Source: a virus. From it: a stretch of 64,000 bases of DNA. A model generated the notes under the pieces. It saw nothing but the letters and a program-made list of their open reading frames with translations, was not told the DNA's origin and did not search any database. Shown one piece after another: positions 9,119 to 19,332 of the stretch. Location of the stretch: the IMG/VR virus record IMGVR_UViG_3300046170_000524. The stretch is one strand, 5' to 3'. Each line of letters begins with the position of its first letter. Within the stretch, counting starts at the first letter, position 1. The position numbers and the translations under genes were made by a program.

Positions 9119-10046
9119 TATTTGTAAGATTTGCTCTCTTGAGTTTGAGAGCGAAAAGAAACTTCATATGCACTTGAGGTCTCACAAGATTACTTTGGCG
9201 GAATATTACTTAAAGTATTACCCCAGGTATAATTTATATTTACAATCTATAGGCAAAGAAGAGCTTCTCCCTTTTAAAAACAAAGAGCAATATTTTTCTA
9301 AAGATTTCTCCACAAGAGAACAACTTTTAAAATGGTGTGAAAGTGAGTCTGCAGAAATTGTTAAGCCATATATATTAAGATTGCTAAAAAAAAGAATAGA
9401 GGGGAAAGATTTAAACTTCGCTCCCTCTCATCTAGAGTTGGCGGTGAATGAAATGCCAACTATCGAGCTTTATCAAAAACATTTTGGGTCATATTCATCC
9501 GCTTGCAATGAAGTTGGAGCGAAGCCAATGTTTGGATCTAAATTACCAAATGAGTGGACTAAGGATGTAGACCCTACGATAAAAATATTTATTGATACAA
9601 GAGAACAGCAGCCTTTGACTTTTCCTAATTCGGAATTATTAAAATTGGATTTCGGAGATTACGCAGTTGGAGGAAAACATTATGACTATACTTATGTAGA
9701 CCGCAAAGGCGAGCAAGATTTTAAGTCAACATTAAGCAAAAATAACCTGGAAAGATTTAAATATGAGTTGGAGAGAACCAAGAATTTAGATTCATATTTA
9801 TTTATTGTAACGGAAGGTAGTATATCTAGTATAGAAAAAAATAATCGTTGGGCGCCTCATATGTCTAACATGAAATACATTTACCATAACATGAGAGTAT
9901 TAGCTCATGAATTCGCAGGTAGCTGCCAATTTATTTTCACTGGGAGCAGAGAAGAATCAGAAAGAATTATTCCAAAGATATTAACGTTAGGAAAAAAGCT
10001 TTGGGGCGTTGATTTGCAGTATTACATAGATAATAATTTAATATAA
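9108..10046 (+). CDS. C2H2 zinc finger + ERCC4-domain endonuclease
   Basis: CKICSLEFESEKKLHMHLRSH; IFIDTREQQP...LDFGDYAV...VDRKGEQDF corresponds to the ERCC4 DxRE/GDY/ERK motifs. Confidence 0.8.
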   Translation: MSSNICKICSLEFESEKKLHMHLRSHKITLAEYYLKYYPRYNLYLQSIGKEELLPFKNKEQYFSKDFSTREQLLKWCESESAEIVKPYILRLLKKRIEGKDLNFAPSHLELAVNEMPTIELYQKHFGSYSSACNEVGAKPMFGSKLPNEWTKDVDPTIKIFIDTREQQPLTFPNSELLKLDFGDYAVGGKHYDYTYVDRKGEQDFKSTLSKNNLERFKYELERTKNLDSYLFIVTEGSISSIEKNNRWAPHMSNMKYIYHNMRVLAHEFAGSCQFIFTGSREESERIIPKILTLGKKLWGVDLQYYIDNNLI

Positions 10047-11917
10047 TGGCGTGGGAAACAGGAAATCAATTATCTAGAAATTCAGAAATGAGCTTCAACG
10101 AGCAACTTGAAGAAATTAAAGGTTTCATCGAAGAGAAGGAAGCTAAAATTTTATTGTATAAATTTCTTAGAGAAAATATCACATTTACCGCTGACTTAGT
10201 TAGCGGCGTTCAGCTATTCCCTTTTCAGCACATGGCGATTAAAGCTATGTTCAGCACAGATTACTTTATGGGAGTTTGGTCTCGAGGAATGAGTAAATCT
10301 TTTACTACTGCAATATACGCTTATCTAGATGCAATATTAAATCAAGGTGTTGAGATTGGTATATTATCTAAGTCTTTTCGTCAAGCAAAAATGATCTTTA
10401 AAAAAATTGAAGACATTGCTTCAAAACCTGGTGCGACTTATCTAGCGCAATGCATATCTCATAAATCAAAAAGCAATGACGAATGGTTGCTTGAAATAGG
10501 TAGCAGTAGAATACGCGCATTACCTCTCGGAGATGGAGAAAAGTTACGGGGATTTCGTTTTCACAGAATTATTATTGATGAGTTTGCTTTGATGCCCGAA
10601 AGGATTTATAATGAGGTCATCATACCTTTTCTTAGTGTTGTTGAGAATCCAACTCAGCGAGAAGAGCTTTACAATCTAGAGACAAATTTAATCCAAAAAG
10701 GAGAAATGTCTGAAGACGATAGGCATGTTTGGAGAAACAATAAATTAATTGCACTAAGCTCTGCAAGTTATAAATTCGAATACATGTATAAAGCTTACGA
10801 GCAATTCGAAGAGTTAATAATGGCTGGCAGCACAAAACAAAGTGACGCTCATAGAGTAATAATGCAGTTTAGTTATGATTGCGCCCCAAAACAGTTGTAC
10901 GATCAAAATCTTCTAGATCAAGCTAAATCCACAATGAGTCAAAGCCAGTTCGATCGGGAGTTTGGTTCTATATTCACAGATGATAGTAGTGGGTATTTTA
11001 AAACCTCTAAAATGGCATCTTGCACACTTAAAGATGGGGAAAACCCTCATATAGAAGTTTGTGGAGAAGTTGGTGCAAAATATATATTGGCATTTGATCC
11101 AAGTTGGGCGGAGAGTGAGAGCAGTGACGACTTTGCGATGATGGTATTCAAATTAAATGATGATAAAAAAATTGGCACTGTAGTTCATAGCTATGCATTA
11201 TCTGGAACAAACTTAAAACAACATATATTTTATTTTTATTATTTGCTAACTCATTTTAATATTGTATCTATTGTAGGAGATTATAATGGAGGAGTTCAGT
11301 TTATAAATGCATGCAATGAAAGTTCATTATTTAAAAAGAATAAATTAAATATTGGATGTATGAATACAAACTTTGATGATATAGAACATTATCAACAAAA
11401 ATTAATAGAAGGAAAAAAGGAATACAATTTACAGGATAAGACGATTTGTTATCTGCGCAAACCTACAAGCCAATGGATTAGATTAGCAAATGAATTACTT
11501 CAAGCAAATTTTGATCACCATAGAATATATTTCGCGAGCAGGGCAATAGATGATGCATATAACGAACAAAGAAATAAAAAAATACCTATACAAGATATTA
11601 AATTCTTAAGAACTTCTCAAAGCTTAGAGAGGCAAACTAACGCTGCAAAAATGATTGATTTCGTAGAGCATCAATTTGACATGATGAACTTAATTAAAAC
11701 GCAATGCTCCCTTATTCAAATATCGACTTCTGCAGGAGGAACACAAACTTTCGATTTGCCATCGAGCTTAAAAAGACAAACAGGTCCAGAGAAAGCCAGA
11801 AAAGATTCTTATTCTGCATTAGTTCTTGGAAATTGGATGATTAAGCTTTATTATGATATGATGAATGTTAAGGCGGAAAATGTGAATTATACTTTTACTC
11901 CCATGTTTATAAACTAG
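10046..11917 (+). CDS. terL: Terminase large subunit
   Basis: Walker A-like SRGMSKS, IRALPLGDGEKLRGFRFHRIIIDE (Walker B), RNase H-like LAFDPS and the C-terminal KDSYSA motif. Confidence 0.9.
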   Translation: MAWETGNQLSRNSEMSFNEQLEEIKGFIEEKEAKILLYKFLRENITFTADLVSGVQLFPFQHMAIKAMFSTDYFMGVWSRGMSKSFTTAIYAYLDAILNQGVEIGILSKSFRQAKMIFKKIEDIASKPGATYLAQCISHKSKSNDEWLLEIGSSRIRALPLGDGEKLRGFRFHRIIIDEFALMPERIYNEVIIPFLSVVENPTQREELYNLETNLIQKGEMSEDDRHVWRNNKLIALSSASYKFEYMYKAYEQFEELIMAGSTKQSDAHRVIMQFSYDCAPKQLYDQNLLDQAKSTMSQSQFDREFGSIFTDDSSGYFKTSKMASCTLKDGENPHIEVCGEVGAKYILAFDPSWAESESSDDFAMMVFKLNDDKKIGTVVHSYALSGTNLKQHIFYFYYLLTHFNIVSIVGDYNGGVQFINACNESSLFKKNKLNIGCMNTNFDDIEHYQQKLIEGKKEYNLQDKTICYLRKPTSQWIRLANELLQANFDHHRIYFASRAIDDAYNEQRNKKIPIQDIKFLRTSQSLERQTNAAKMIDFVEHQFDMMNLIKTQCSLIQISTSAGGTQTFDLPSSLKRQTGPEKARKDSYSALVLGNWMIKLYYDMMNVKAENVNYTFTPMFIN

Positions 11918-11926
11918 GTGTACCTT
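11918..11926 (+). promoter_or_regulatory. GTGTA-class putative phage late promoter
   Basis: GTGTACCTT; 12 nt to ATG 11935 of the head operon. Confidence 0.6.
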
Positions 11927-11934
11927 TTACGTAA

Positions 11935-13542
11935 ATGTCTAAAAAATATAAATATACAACAACTTTTGATAGTGTAGTTTTTGCTTCTAGTGATATTGAA
12001 GAATCTAATATAAGCAAAGCTTCACTTGAGTCACTTAGGCCCCTAATTCCAAAAGACATTAATTTAGATAGAAACATTGATCTTCTTGGTGTTGCGTTTA
12101 ATGCGGCTGTAGTTAATAAATTTAATAAAAATGGAGATGGTATTGATAGCGAGGCGGCTGTAGCCATTAAGGATTATTTCGTTCATAAGCCAACAAACAT
12201 TGAGCACGATAGAGACAAAATAGTTGGACATATTGTTTCTGCAGGTTTTTCAAGATATGATGACTCATCCAAACTTATGTCAGAAGAGGAGGCTTTGATT
12301 GAAGATAATGCGTACAATATTGCTCTCGCTGCTGTGATTTATAAAACAGCAAGTAAAGAGTTTGCAGATCTAGTTGTAAACTCAACCGATGAAGAGAGTG
12401 ATTATCACGCAACCGTTTCAGCTAGTTGGGAAGTTGGATTTAATGAATATGTAATTTCTGTTGGCGGAGACGATCTATATGGATCTACTATTATATCAGA
12501 CCCTCAAGAAATTAAAGCTTACTCTCCTTATTTAAAATCTTTAGGCGGAAAAGGAGTATTGAAAGACGGCAGAAAGGTTAATCGATTAATTATTGGAGAC
12601 ATTTACCCTCTTGGCATTGGATTCACATCTAACCCTGCTGCAGACGTAAAAGGTCTTATTGCAGAAAAGGGTGATGCACCTGAAGTTAAGCAAAACAGAA
12701 ATGAACCAATTAATCAATTAATCACAAAAACCGAAAAAACTTCCCATTCCGCAGAAGAAAATGTACTAAACAAAGAAACCAATCATAATACCATTATGGA
12801 CAAAGATACAATCATAAATGAATTCCGAGCAGCTTTAGACGAAAAGCTTGGCAACCAAGATTTCTCTGAAGAAAGCGTCGCCAGCATCTCCAAGGTGTTT
12901 ATCGAGGCTATCCGCGAGAAAGGCGAACAGTATGTCGCTGATCTTGAAAAAGCTAAAGCTGAAAAAGAAGAAGCTGTTCAGGCTCAAAATTCTCTTCAAG
13001 AGAAAATGGGAGAAGTAGAGCAGCAATTACAATCCACTCAAGAAAAACTTGCAGTCCTCGAAGAAGAGAATTCTGCTCGTGAAGCAGAAGTTCGTTTTAA
13101 TTCTCGCATGGAGGCGCTAAACGAAATTTATGAACTTGACGAAGACGATTCTAAAATCGTAGCTTCTGAGCTTGCAAGCTTAGACGAAACTGAAGAAAGT
13201 TTTGCCGGGTATCAAGAAAAATTAGCTAAAGTTTGGAAACATAAAAATAAAGAATTTATCGCCGCTGAACAAAAAGCGTTTGAAAATCGCGTGACTCAAG
13301 AAGTTGAAAAACGTTTATCTCAAACCGCGGAAGCTTCAGATAATAGCGAAAAAGTTGAGGTTTCAGAAGCGTCAGAAACTGAAGAGGAAGTAGAAGAAAG
13401 TGATGAAGTCGCTGAAGCTCTTGATTCTCTTGAGGTTGAAGAAGCAGCTGTTATCAATAACAACGAAAGTTCTTCAGAGGGAGATTCTCTTCGCGATCGT
13501 TTCGCAAAGACCTTTAAAGAATCTGTTAAAATTTCATATTAA
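11935..13542 (+). CDS. Prohead protease fused to scaffold-like coiled coil
   Basis: AVVNKFNKNGDG, PTNIEHDRDKIVGH and VSASWEV protease-like motifs; Glu-rich coiled-coil C-terminal half; directly upstream of the capsid genes. Confidence 0.75.
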   Translation: MSKKYKYTTTFDSVVFASSDIEESNISKASLESLRPLIPKDINLDRNIDLLGVAFNAAVVNKFNKNGDGIDSEAAVAIKDYFVHKPTNIEHDRDKIVGHIVSAGFSRYDDSSKLMSEEEALIEDNAYNIALAAVIYKTASKEFADLVVNSTDEESDYHATVSASWEVGFNEYVISVGGDDLYGSTIISDPQEIKAYSPYLKSLGGKGVLKDGRKVNRLIIGDIYPLGIGFTSNPAADVKGLIAEKGDAPEVKQNRNEPINQLITKTEKTSHSAEENVLNKETNHNTIMDKDTIINEFRAALDEKLGNQDFSEESVASISKVFIEAIREKGEQYVADLEKAKAEKEEAVQAQNSLQEKMGEVEQQLQSTQEKLAVLEEENSAREAEVRFNSRMEALNEIYELDEDDSKIVASELASLDETEESFAGYQEKLAKVWKHKNKEFIAAEQKAFENRVTQEVEKRLSQTAEASDNSEKVEVSEASETEEEVEESDEVAEALDSLEVEEAAVINNNESSSEGDSLRDRFAKTFKESVKISY

Positions 13543-13561
13543 TAATATAGGAAAATAAATT

Positions 13562-14182
13562 ATGGCAAAAAGAATACTACCATACCGAGACTACAGTGAG
13601 CATGATGTCCTTAATATGTTCGCACTTGAAATTGGCAGCGGAGACGATTTATCTACATTCGTCTCTAATGGCGGTGGAAAGTTCGACGCAGGCGTTGTTG
13701 TTTCTGTAAGCGCGGGAGCTCTACCTGGTGAGGTTTCCGAATTGCGTGCATCAACTCCAGATAATCTTCGTGATTATCTTGGCGCTAGTTTTAGTGGTGC
13801 GCATATTGGATTCAACGGATACCCCGCTAACGGTATGACCGTTGCTCCTGCTGCAGCTGGCAGTCGTGGACTTGGAATCACTCTTCGTGAAACCTTGGCT
13901 TTCGACGAGAATGGAGAAAAATTACTCTATTACAAACAAAAACTTGATGAAGCCCAAGCAGTGCTTCCCGGTCAAACAGTTCCTGTTTTGACTCGAGGAT
14001 TAGTTCTTCTTGCTGCTAGTGCAATTAGTGGAACTCCATCTGTTGGAGACGATCTTGAGGTTAAATCTGGCGGTAAATTAGGAACACAAGCTTCTGGTTC
14101 AGTAGTAGGTTCTGTAATCGCTATTGGAGAAGAAAGCAATGATTCATCTGCAAAGAAATATCTCTGCAAAGTCAGCTTCTAA
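13562..14182 (+). CDS. Capsid decoration/cement protein (probable)
   Basis: Gly/Ala-rich protein between protease and MCP, with highly biased (high-expression) codon use. Confidence 0.55.
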   Translation: MAKRILPYRDYSEHDVLNMFALEIGSGDDLSTFVSNGGGKFDAGVVVSVSAGALPGEVSELRASTPDNLRDYLGASFSGAHIGFNGYPANGMTVAPAAAGSRGLGITLRETLAFDENGEKLLYYKQKLDEAQAVLPGQTVPVLTRGLVLLAASAISGTPSVGDDLEVKSGGKLGTQASGSVVGSVIAIGEESNDSSAKKYLCKVSF

Positions 14183-14200
14183 GAAAGGAATTAAAGAATA

Positions 14201-15319
14201 ATGAAAATTACTTTAGAAAGAACACCCGAGCAAGTCGAGCTTATTAAAGCTATGGCTTCGAAAAATAGAGATGTCGCTTATGAAGCTCAAACCGCTCTTG
14301 CTGAATTTATCGGTCCAGTATTAGCGGAAGTTGTTAATGCTGCTCCTACAGTCAGCAATATGTTTAATTCTCTTCAATTTAATTCTGATGAGAGTCCAAG
14401 TATTCCTTTGGATCTTTATCATGATATTACTGACGAAGATTACATTCAAGTTTGGAGTCAATCCGTTCCCGGAGGCCTTCCAACCAATCAAGTCGCTCCT
14501 TCACAAAGTGAGCTTAAGTTTACGACTTATACTCTCGACAGTGCATTGAGTTTCGATAAGCGTTACGCTTCTCGTTCAAGGCTTGACGTTGTAAGTAAAA
14601 CATTTACTCGCATGGCGCAAGAAATTCTTCTTAAACAAGAAAAAACTTCTGCCACCATGATTATGACCGCATTGGCCAACGCCGAAACAAATAGCGAAAA
14701 GCATGTTATTCGTTCTGCTCAAGCAAATCGTTTCTTACTTTCTGACCTTAATAAATTATTTACTAAGGCAAAAAGAATCAACGCAGCTTGGACTGGCGGA
14801 ACTCCTGCTGAGCGTCGTGGACGCGGAATCACAGATCTTCTTGTTTCTCCTGAAATCGTAGAGGAAATTCGTGGCTTAGCTTATAATCCGATCAACACTA
14901 AAGGTGACAACACTGATATCGCTGGTACAGACAGCATGCGTGACGCTATCTTTAACAGCGCTGGTATTCCTGAATTCTATGGCGTATCTATCCAAGAGTA
15001 TAACGAAATGGGTGATGGGCAAAAATGGAATTCTGTTTTTGATACAGCTGCTGGAAACACCGATTATGGAGATCATTATGCAGTAAGCGCTAGCAAGAGT
15101 AGTTTTGACGGCGCAAGCGAACAAATCCTTGTTGGAGTTGATCTTAGTCGTGAATCTATGATTCGCGCAGTAGCAACTGATTCCGAGTCTGGAGACGAGT
15201 TCTCTCTCGTTGCAGATGACCAATTCGTAACACGTCAATCAAAAATTGGTTACTACGGCTCTCTTGAAGAAGGTCGTATGATCATCGATGACCGCGTGTT
15301 GATGGGTCTTATCGTTTAA
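14201..15319 (+). CDS. Major capsid protein
   Basis: 372 aa in the canonical position after protease and decoration genes; biased codons; followed by a strong terminator. Confidence 0.8.
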   Translation: MKITLERTPEQVELIKAMASKNRDVAYEAQTALAEFIGPVLAEVVNAAPTVSNMFNSLQFNSDESPSIPLDLYHDITDEDYIQVWSQSVPGGLPTNQVAPSQSELKFTTYTLDSALSFDKRYASRSRLDVVSKTFTRMAQEILLKQEKTSATMIMTALANAETNSEKHVIRSAQANRFLLSDLNKLFTKAKRINAAWTGGTPAERRGRGITDLLVSPEIVEEIRGLAYNPINTKGDNTDIAGTDSMRDAIFNSAGIPEFYGVSIQEYNEMGDGQKWNSVFDTAAGNTDYGDHYAVSASKSSFDGASEQILVGVDLSRESMIRAVATDSESGDEFSLVADDQFVTRQSKIGYYGSLEEGRMIIDDRVLMGLIV

Positions 15320-15347
15320 TTCTAAACGAATTAGCGTTTTATAAAAG

Positions 15348-15378
15348 ATCCACCTCAGGCAACTGGGGTGGATTTTTT
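15348..15378 (+). terminator. Rho-independent terminator after MCP
   Basis: ATCCACCTCAG-GCAA-CTGGGGTGGAT 11-bp stem, GNRA loop, then TTTTT. Confidence 0.9.
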
Positions 15379-15433
15379 ATTTAAATTCTTTATAATAATG
15401 TGTACAAATATATCAAGGTAAAAGGTTATCACT

Positions 15434-15829
15434 ATGGCAAATAAAAAACAATCGAGTAAAGCTAAATCTTCCAAGAAAAAATTAGCAGATTTAGAGCAAA
15501 CAAATGGCAAGGTATATGAAGATAAAGTGGCTCGCGCAAAAGAGCTTGAAGATCTTCTAGGAATACCTAAGATTAACCCTTTCAAAACTAATGACAAAAG
15601 AGTCTTTCAGGAAATGCTTCAAGATATGAATTTAACAGACCTACAAGCCTTTGCCGTTAAGGTTGGAGTTTTTCCTTCTGGCAATAAAACCGTATTGAAA
15701 AATAAAATTAAGAGAGCATTTGATTCAAGCTTGTATGGAAAAGGCAGTGTTCAAATTATGGGTGAACCAATGAAGCTTGACCCTAAAAATCCTACTCATA
15801 AAGAAGTCATTGATTATTTAAACAATTAA
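15434..15829 (+). CDS. Hypothetical protein (post-capsid position)
   Basis: 131-aa basic ORF; GTGTA at 15400, 29 nt upstream. Confidence 0.55.
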   Translation: MANKKQSSKAKSSKKKLADLEQTNGKVYEDKVARAKELEDLLGIPKINPFKTNDKRVFQEMLQDMNLTDLQAFAVKVGVFPSGNKTVLKNKIKRAFDSSLYGKGSVQIMGEPMKLDPKNPTHKEVIDYLNN

Positions 15830-15830
15830 C

Positions 15831-16340
15831 ATGTCCCACGATTTATTTCCAGATACAAATCTAGGTAAACTAGCAGTTAATATTTACGATCAAGATATTG
15901 GCGATCAAGAGCATGGAGAAGCAAGGAATAAAGAAATCACATTAATATCTGGCTGGATAGAAGGGCATTTAGGCGAATTAAATAACTTAATCTATACTTC
16001 TTTTAGTGGAGATAATCCAGAAGGCTTTAATTTGGAGGAACAATCGATTATAAGAGAAATGTATATATCTGATTATAATCGAAAAGCTCAGAGAAAAGTT
16101 TTAAATGGATCAATGAACGGTTCTGATTTCCTTGTGATAAAAGAAGGTGACTCAATGATACAAAAACCTAATCAGAATTTAATAGCTAAAAGCTATCAAG
16201 ACGCATATGATTCATCTCAAGACAGATTGAAAGATTTGATTTATTCTTATAATCTATACAGCGCGAAGCCAAATCAAGTTTATGGTGCGGACGCTCCATC
16301 TACTGGGCAAAATCCTTCCTTAGATTCATATTATAAATAA
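15831..16340 (+). CDS. Hypothetical protein, possible head-tail connector
   Basis: Helical 169-aa ORF following the capsid genes; assignment is positional. Confidence 0.45.
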   Translation: MSHDLFPDTNLGKLAVNIYDQDIGDQEHGEARNKEITLISGWIEGHLGELNNLIYTSFSGDNPEGFNLEEQSIIREMYISDYNRKAQRKVLNGSMNGSDFLVIKEGDSMIQKPNQNLIAKSYQDAYDSSQDRLKDLIYSYNLYSAKPNQVYGADAPSTGQNPSLDSYYK

Positions 16341-16343
16341 AAG

Positions 16344-16352
16344 GTGTAACAA
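16344..16352 (+). promoter_or_regulatory. GTGTA-class putative phage late promoter
   Basis: GTGTAACAA; 9 nt to ATG 16358. Confidence 0.6.
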
Positions 16353-16357
16353 AATAT

Positions 16358-16858
16358 ATGGACAATATATCCGAAAGCAATAATTCTAATAAAATAGTTA
16401 AATCCCAATTATTTCATATCTGGAAAAAATCAAGATTAATGTATGATATGGTTAAGGACGAAACTGTATTAGAAGACTGGGTTAAGAAAAGTATTTTTGA
16501 AGCTTACGAAAACATAGACCAAGCTCTACAATACGCTGAGTACGAAAAAATATTTCCAAATCAGAAAGAGCAGGGGGAAGTCGGCGATAAAGAGAAAAAT
16601 AATTATCTTAGTAATCAAGATAAGCGTTATCCGACTCCCGCTTCTCAAGAAACTGGGGATCAATTTATGACAAGATGCATTCTCGACGCAAATATGAAAA
16701 AAAGATACCCTGTTCAGGGAGATAGGTTTGCGGCGTGCATGTCTATTTTTAATGATAAGAAAGATGAAGGATCCACAAATCCTGGAGAGAAATTTGAAGA
16801 CCCGATGGAAGTTAAGGATAAGGAAGAAATTAATCCTGTTAAACCTTTGCTTCCGTAA
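16358..16858 (+). CDS. Hypothetical protein with Cys-pair helical motif
   Basis: PTPASQETGDQFMTRC...RYPVQGDRFAACMSIF motif. Confidence 0.55.
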   Translation: MDNISESNNSNKIVKSQLFHIWKKSRLMYDMVKDETVLEDWVKKSIFEAYENIDQALQYAEYEKIFPNQKEQGEVGDKEKNNYLSNQDKRYPTPASQETGDQFMTRCILDANMKKRYPVQGDRFAACMSIFNDKKDEGSTNPGEKFEDPMEVKDKEEINPVKPLLP

Positions 16859-19310
16859 TATTATATATAATATCTTCTTTGCTAAAGCTAAATTTGATAT
16901 TTTGATTATCTTTAAGGTCTTTACTTAAGAGGAGTTTAGAGAGCTTGTTTTCTATGTGTTTTTGAATTAATCTCTTAACTGGTCTCGCCCCCATCTTTTC
17001 TAATGCTGCAGATTCTGCTATAAAAGATGATACTTTAGGAGTGATTGATATTTTTATATTTCTATCTTTTAATTTATCTGAAAGCTTATCTGCTTCTAGT
17101 TTTACGATTTTAGATATATCTTTTGCGTCAAAATTTTTGAATAAAATTATTTCATTCAAGCGATTTAAGAACTCTGGCCTAAAAAATGTCTTTAATTCAT
17201 TTTTTAGTTTATCCATAGCTTCTGTTTCTCCTATTGGCGCACCAAAACCTATTGAGGGTTTACTAATTTTTTCGCTGCCTATATTACCGGTTAAAATAAT
17301 TGTGCAATTAGAGAAGTTAATTTTTCTGCCTGAATTGTCTGTAACAAAACCTTCTTCGAGGATTTGCAACAAAATGTTTAAAACCTCTGGGTGAGCTTTC
17401 TCTACCTCATCAAATAATACAACGCTATAAGGATTTCTTCTAACTTTTTCAGTTAATTCTCCACCCTCTTCATATCCAACATATCCTGGAGACGCACCAA
17501 TAAGGCGACTGGACGAAATTTTCTCGGAAAACTCGCTCATATCCAATTGAATTAATTTATCTTTGCTTCCGTATATAAATTCAGCAATGCATTTAGCTGT
17601 ATATGTTTTCCCTGTGCCGCTCGCGCCCACAAGCAAAAAACTCCCTACAGGTTTACTTGGGTCTTGTAATCCGGACTTCGATCTTAATATACATTCTGAA
17701 ATTTCTTTTATAGCTTGTTGTTGGCCAACAATTTTTTTATTTAACTGTTTAAAAAGTCCAAGCATTTTTTCGGAATCTTTTCTGGAGACTTCTGACATGG
17801 GAATTCCTGTTCTGGCAGAAATAACTTCATATATATCTTTTTTTCTAACTGAAATTTTAGATTTTATAGTTTTTGTTGCCCACTCAGAAATAACTTCGTC
17901 ATATCTTTCAAGTAGATCTAATTGTTTATCCTCTAGTTCAATAGATCTTGCGCCAGTTAAGTGAACCTTTGATTCTTGCAGGGCTAAATTTTCCAATTCT
18001 TTTTCAATGTCTTTGGCTTCCTGGGGTCTTTCAATGTTTTTAATTTTGACTTTTGAGCCGACTTGATCTAAGATATCAATTGCTTTGTCTGGAAATTGTT
18101 TATCTACAATATATCTCGCTGAGAGGTTTACAACCAGATCTAACACTTCATCTGGGTAATAAATACTATGGAATTGCTCGTATTTAGTTTTTATACCATA
18201 AATTATTTGTTTAGCTTCTTCTTTTGTCGGCTCAATAACCTTTACACCCTGAAATCTTCTATCTAGAGCTCCGTCTTTTAATATAGATTTTTTATATTCT
18301 TCTTGCGTGGTTGCTCCAATGCATTTTAATTCTCCTCTAGCCAATAATGGCTTTAATAAATTTGCTGCATCCATACTTCCTTCGGCGCTACCTGCGCCAA
18401 CTAAAGTATGTATTTCGTCAATAAATAATATTATATCTTTATTTTTCTTAGCCTCCTCGATAATGCCCTTTAACCTCTCTTCAAATTGACCTCTATATTT
18501 TGTTCCCGCTATTAAAGATCCCAAATCTAGGGAATAAATTATTTTATTGAGCAAGAAATCGCAGCAAGATCCATTCGTGATTTCTTGAGCTAAACCTTCA
18601 ACTATAGCGGTTTTACCTACTCCTGGGTCACCCAAAAGAACTGGGTTATTTTTAGTTCTTCTACATAAGATTTCGCATACTTCAGATATTTCTTTATTCT
18701 TACCTATGATATTGTCAAATTTACCTTGAGATGCTAAGTTGTTTAAATTAGTAGCAAATTTTTCTAAGTTTTGTAATTTTGAATCTTTTGCAGGAGCTGG
18801 TTGTGTGAAGTACTTTTCTCTGCTTTTAGTGTTGGGTTTATGTTCCTTGGATAAATGAAGATATTCTCTTACTTCGGCAATAATATCATTTTCTGTAGCA
18901 TTAAATGATTCGAAATATTCTGGTATATTTGACTCTTCGTATTTAAGCAAAGCTAAAAGTATATGTTCAATTCCAACATATTCGTGACCGAGTTTTTCGC
19001 TGATTGAAGCGGCGACCTTTAATACAAGATGAAAGTGCTCATCATAAACAGGGGAATTTTCTTCTGGATCTACATTGAGCTGATCTTGGTCGGACATTAC
19101 AAAAAGAGAGTCTTCAATTTTTTCTTTTAATTGCATTTGATCAATTTGCAGCAAAAATAAAATTTCACTTAAAATTCCAGCATTTAAATTAACCATTCCG
19201 AAAAATAAATGATCTAATGTGATATACTCGTTAAAATATTTTTTAGCAACCTTTTTAGCTTCATTTATGGCTTGTTGTGCGCGAGGCGTAAAGTTAGGTT
19301 TTGGAGTCAT
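16839..19310 (-). CDS. clpC: ATP-dependent Clp protease ATPase subunit, ClpC/ClpA type
   Basis: Clp N-domain repeats, two Walker A motifs (GDPGVGKT, GASGTGKT), GAGSAEG, DEVEKAHP and ClpP-docking IGF loop. The second ATG (19310) is preferred because it fits the GTGTA spacing; 19316 is the alternative. Confidence 0.93.
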   Translation of the reverse strand: MTPKPNFTPRAQQAINEAKKVAKKYFNEYITLDHLFFGMVNLNAGILSEILFLLQIDQMQLKEKIEDSLFVMSDQDQLNVDPEENSPVYDEHFHLVLKVAASISEKLGHEYVGIEHILLALLKYEESNIPEYFESFNATENDIIAEVREYLHLSKEHKPNTKSREKYFTQPAPAKDSKLQNLEKFATNLNNLASQGKFDNIIGKNKEISEVCEILCRRTKNNPVLLGDPGVGKTAIVEGLAQEITNGSCCDFLLNKIIYSLDLGSLIAGTKYRGQFEERLKGIIEEAKKNKDIILFIDEIHTLVGAGSAEGSMDAANLLKPLLARGELKCIGATTQEEYKKSILKDGALDRRFQGVKVIEPTKEEAKQIIYGIKTKYEQFHSIYYPDEVLDLVVNLSARYIVDKQFPDKAIDILDQVGSKVKIKNIERPQEAKDIEKELENLALQESKVHLTGARSIELEDKQLDLLERYDEVISEWATKTIKSKISVRKKDIYEVISARTGIPMSEVSRKDSEKMLGLFKQLNKKIVGQQQAIKEISECILRSKSGLQDPSKPVGSFLLVGASGTGKTYTAKCIAEFIYGSKDKLIQLDMSEFSEKISSSRLIGASPGYVGYEEGGELTEKVRRNPYSVVLFDEVEKAHPEVLNILLQILEEGFVTDNSGRKINFSNCTIILTGNIGSEKISKPSIGFGAPIGETEAMDKLKNELKTFFRPEFLNRLNEIILFKNFDAKDISKIVKLEADKLSDKLKDRNIKISITPKVSSFIAESAALEKMGARPVKRLIQKHIENKLSKLLLSKDLKDNQNIKFSFSKEDIIYNITEAKV

Positions 19311-19317
19311 TTTCATG

Positions 19318-19326
19318 TAATTACAC
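19318..19326 (-). promoter_or_regulatory. GTGTA-class putative phage late promoter
   Basis: Minus-strand GTGTAATTA; 11 nt to ATG 19310. Confidence 0.55.
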
Positions 19327-19332
19327 TGTAAA

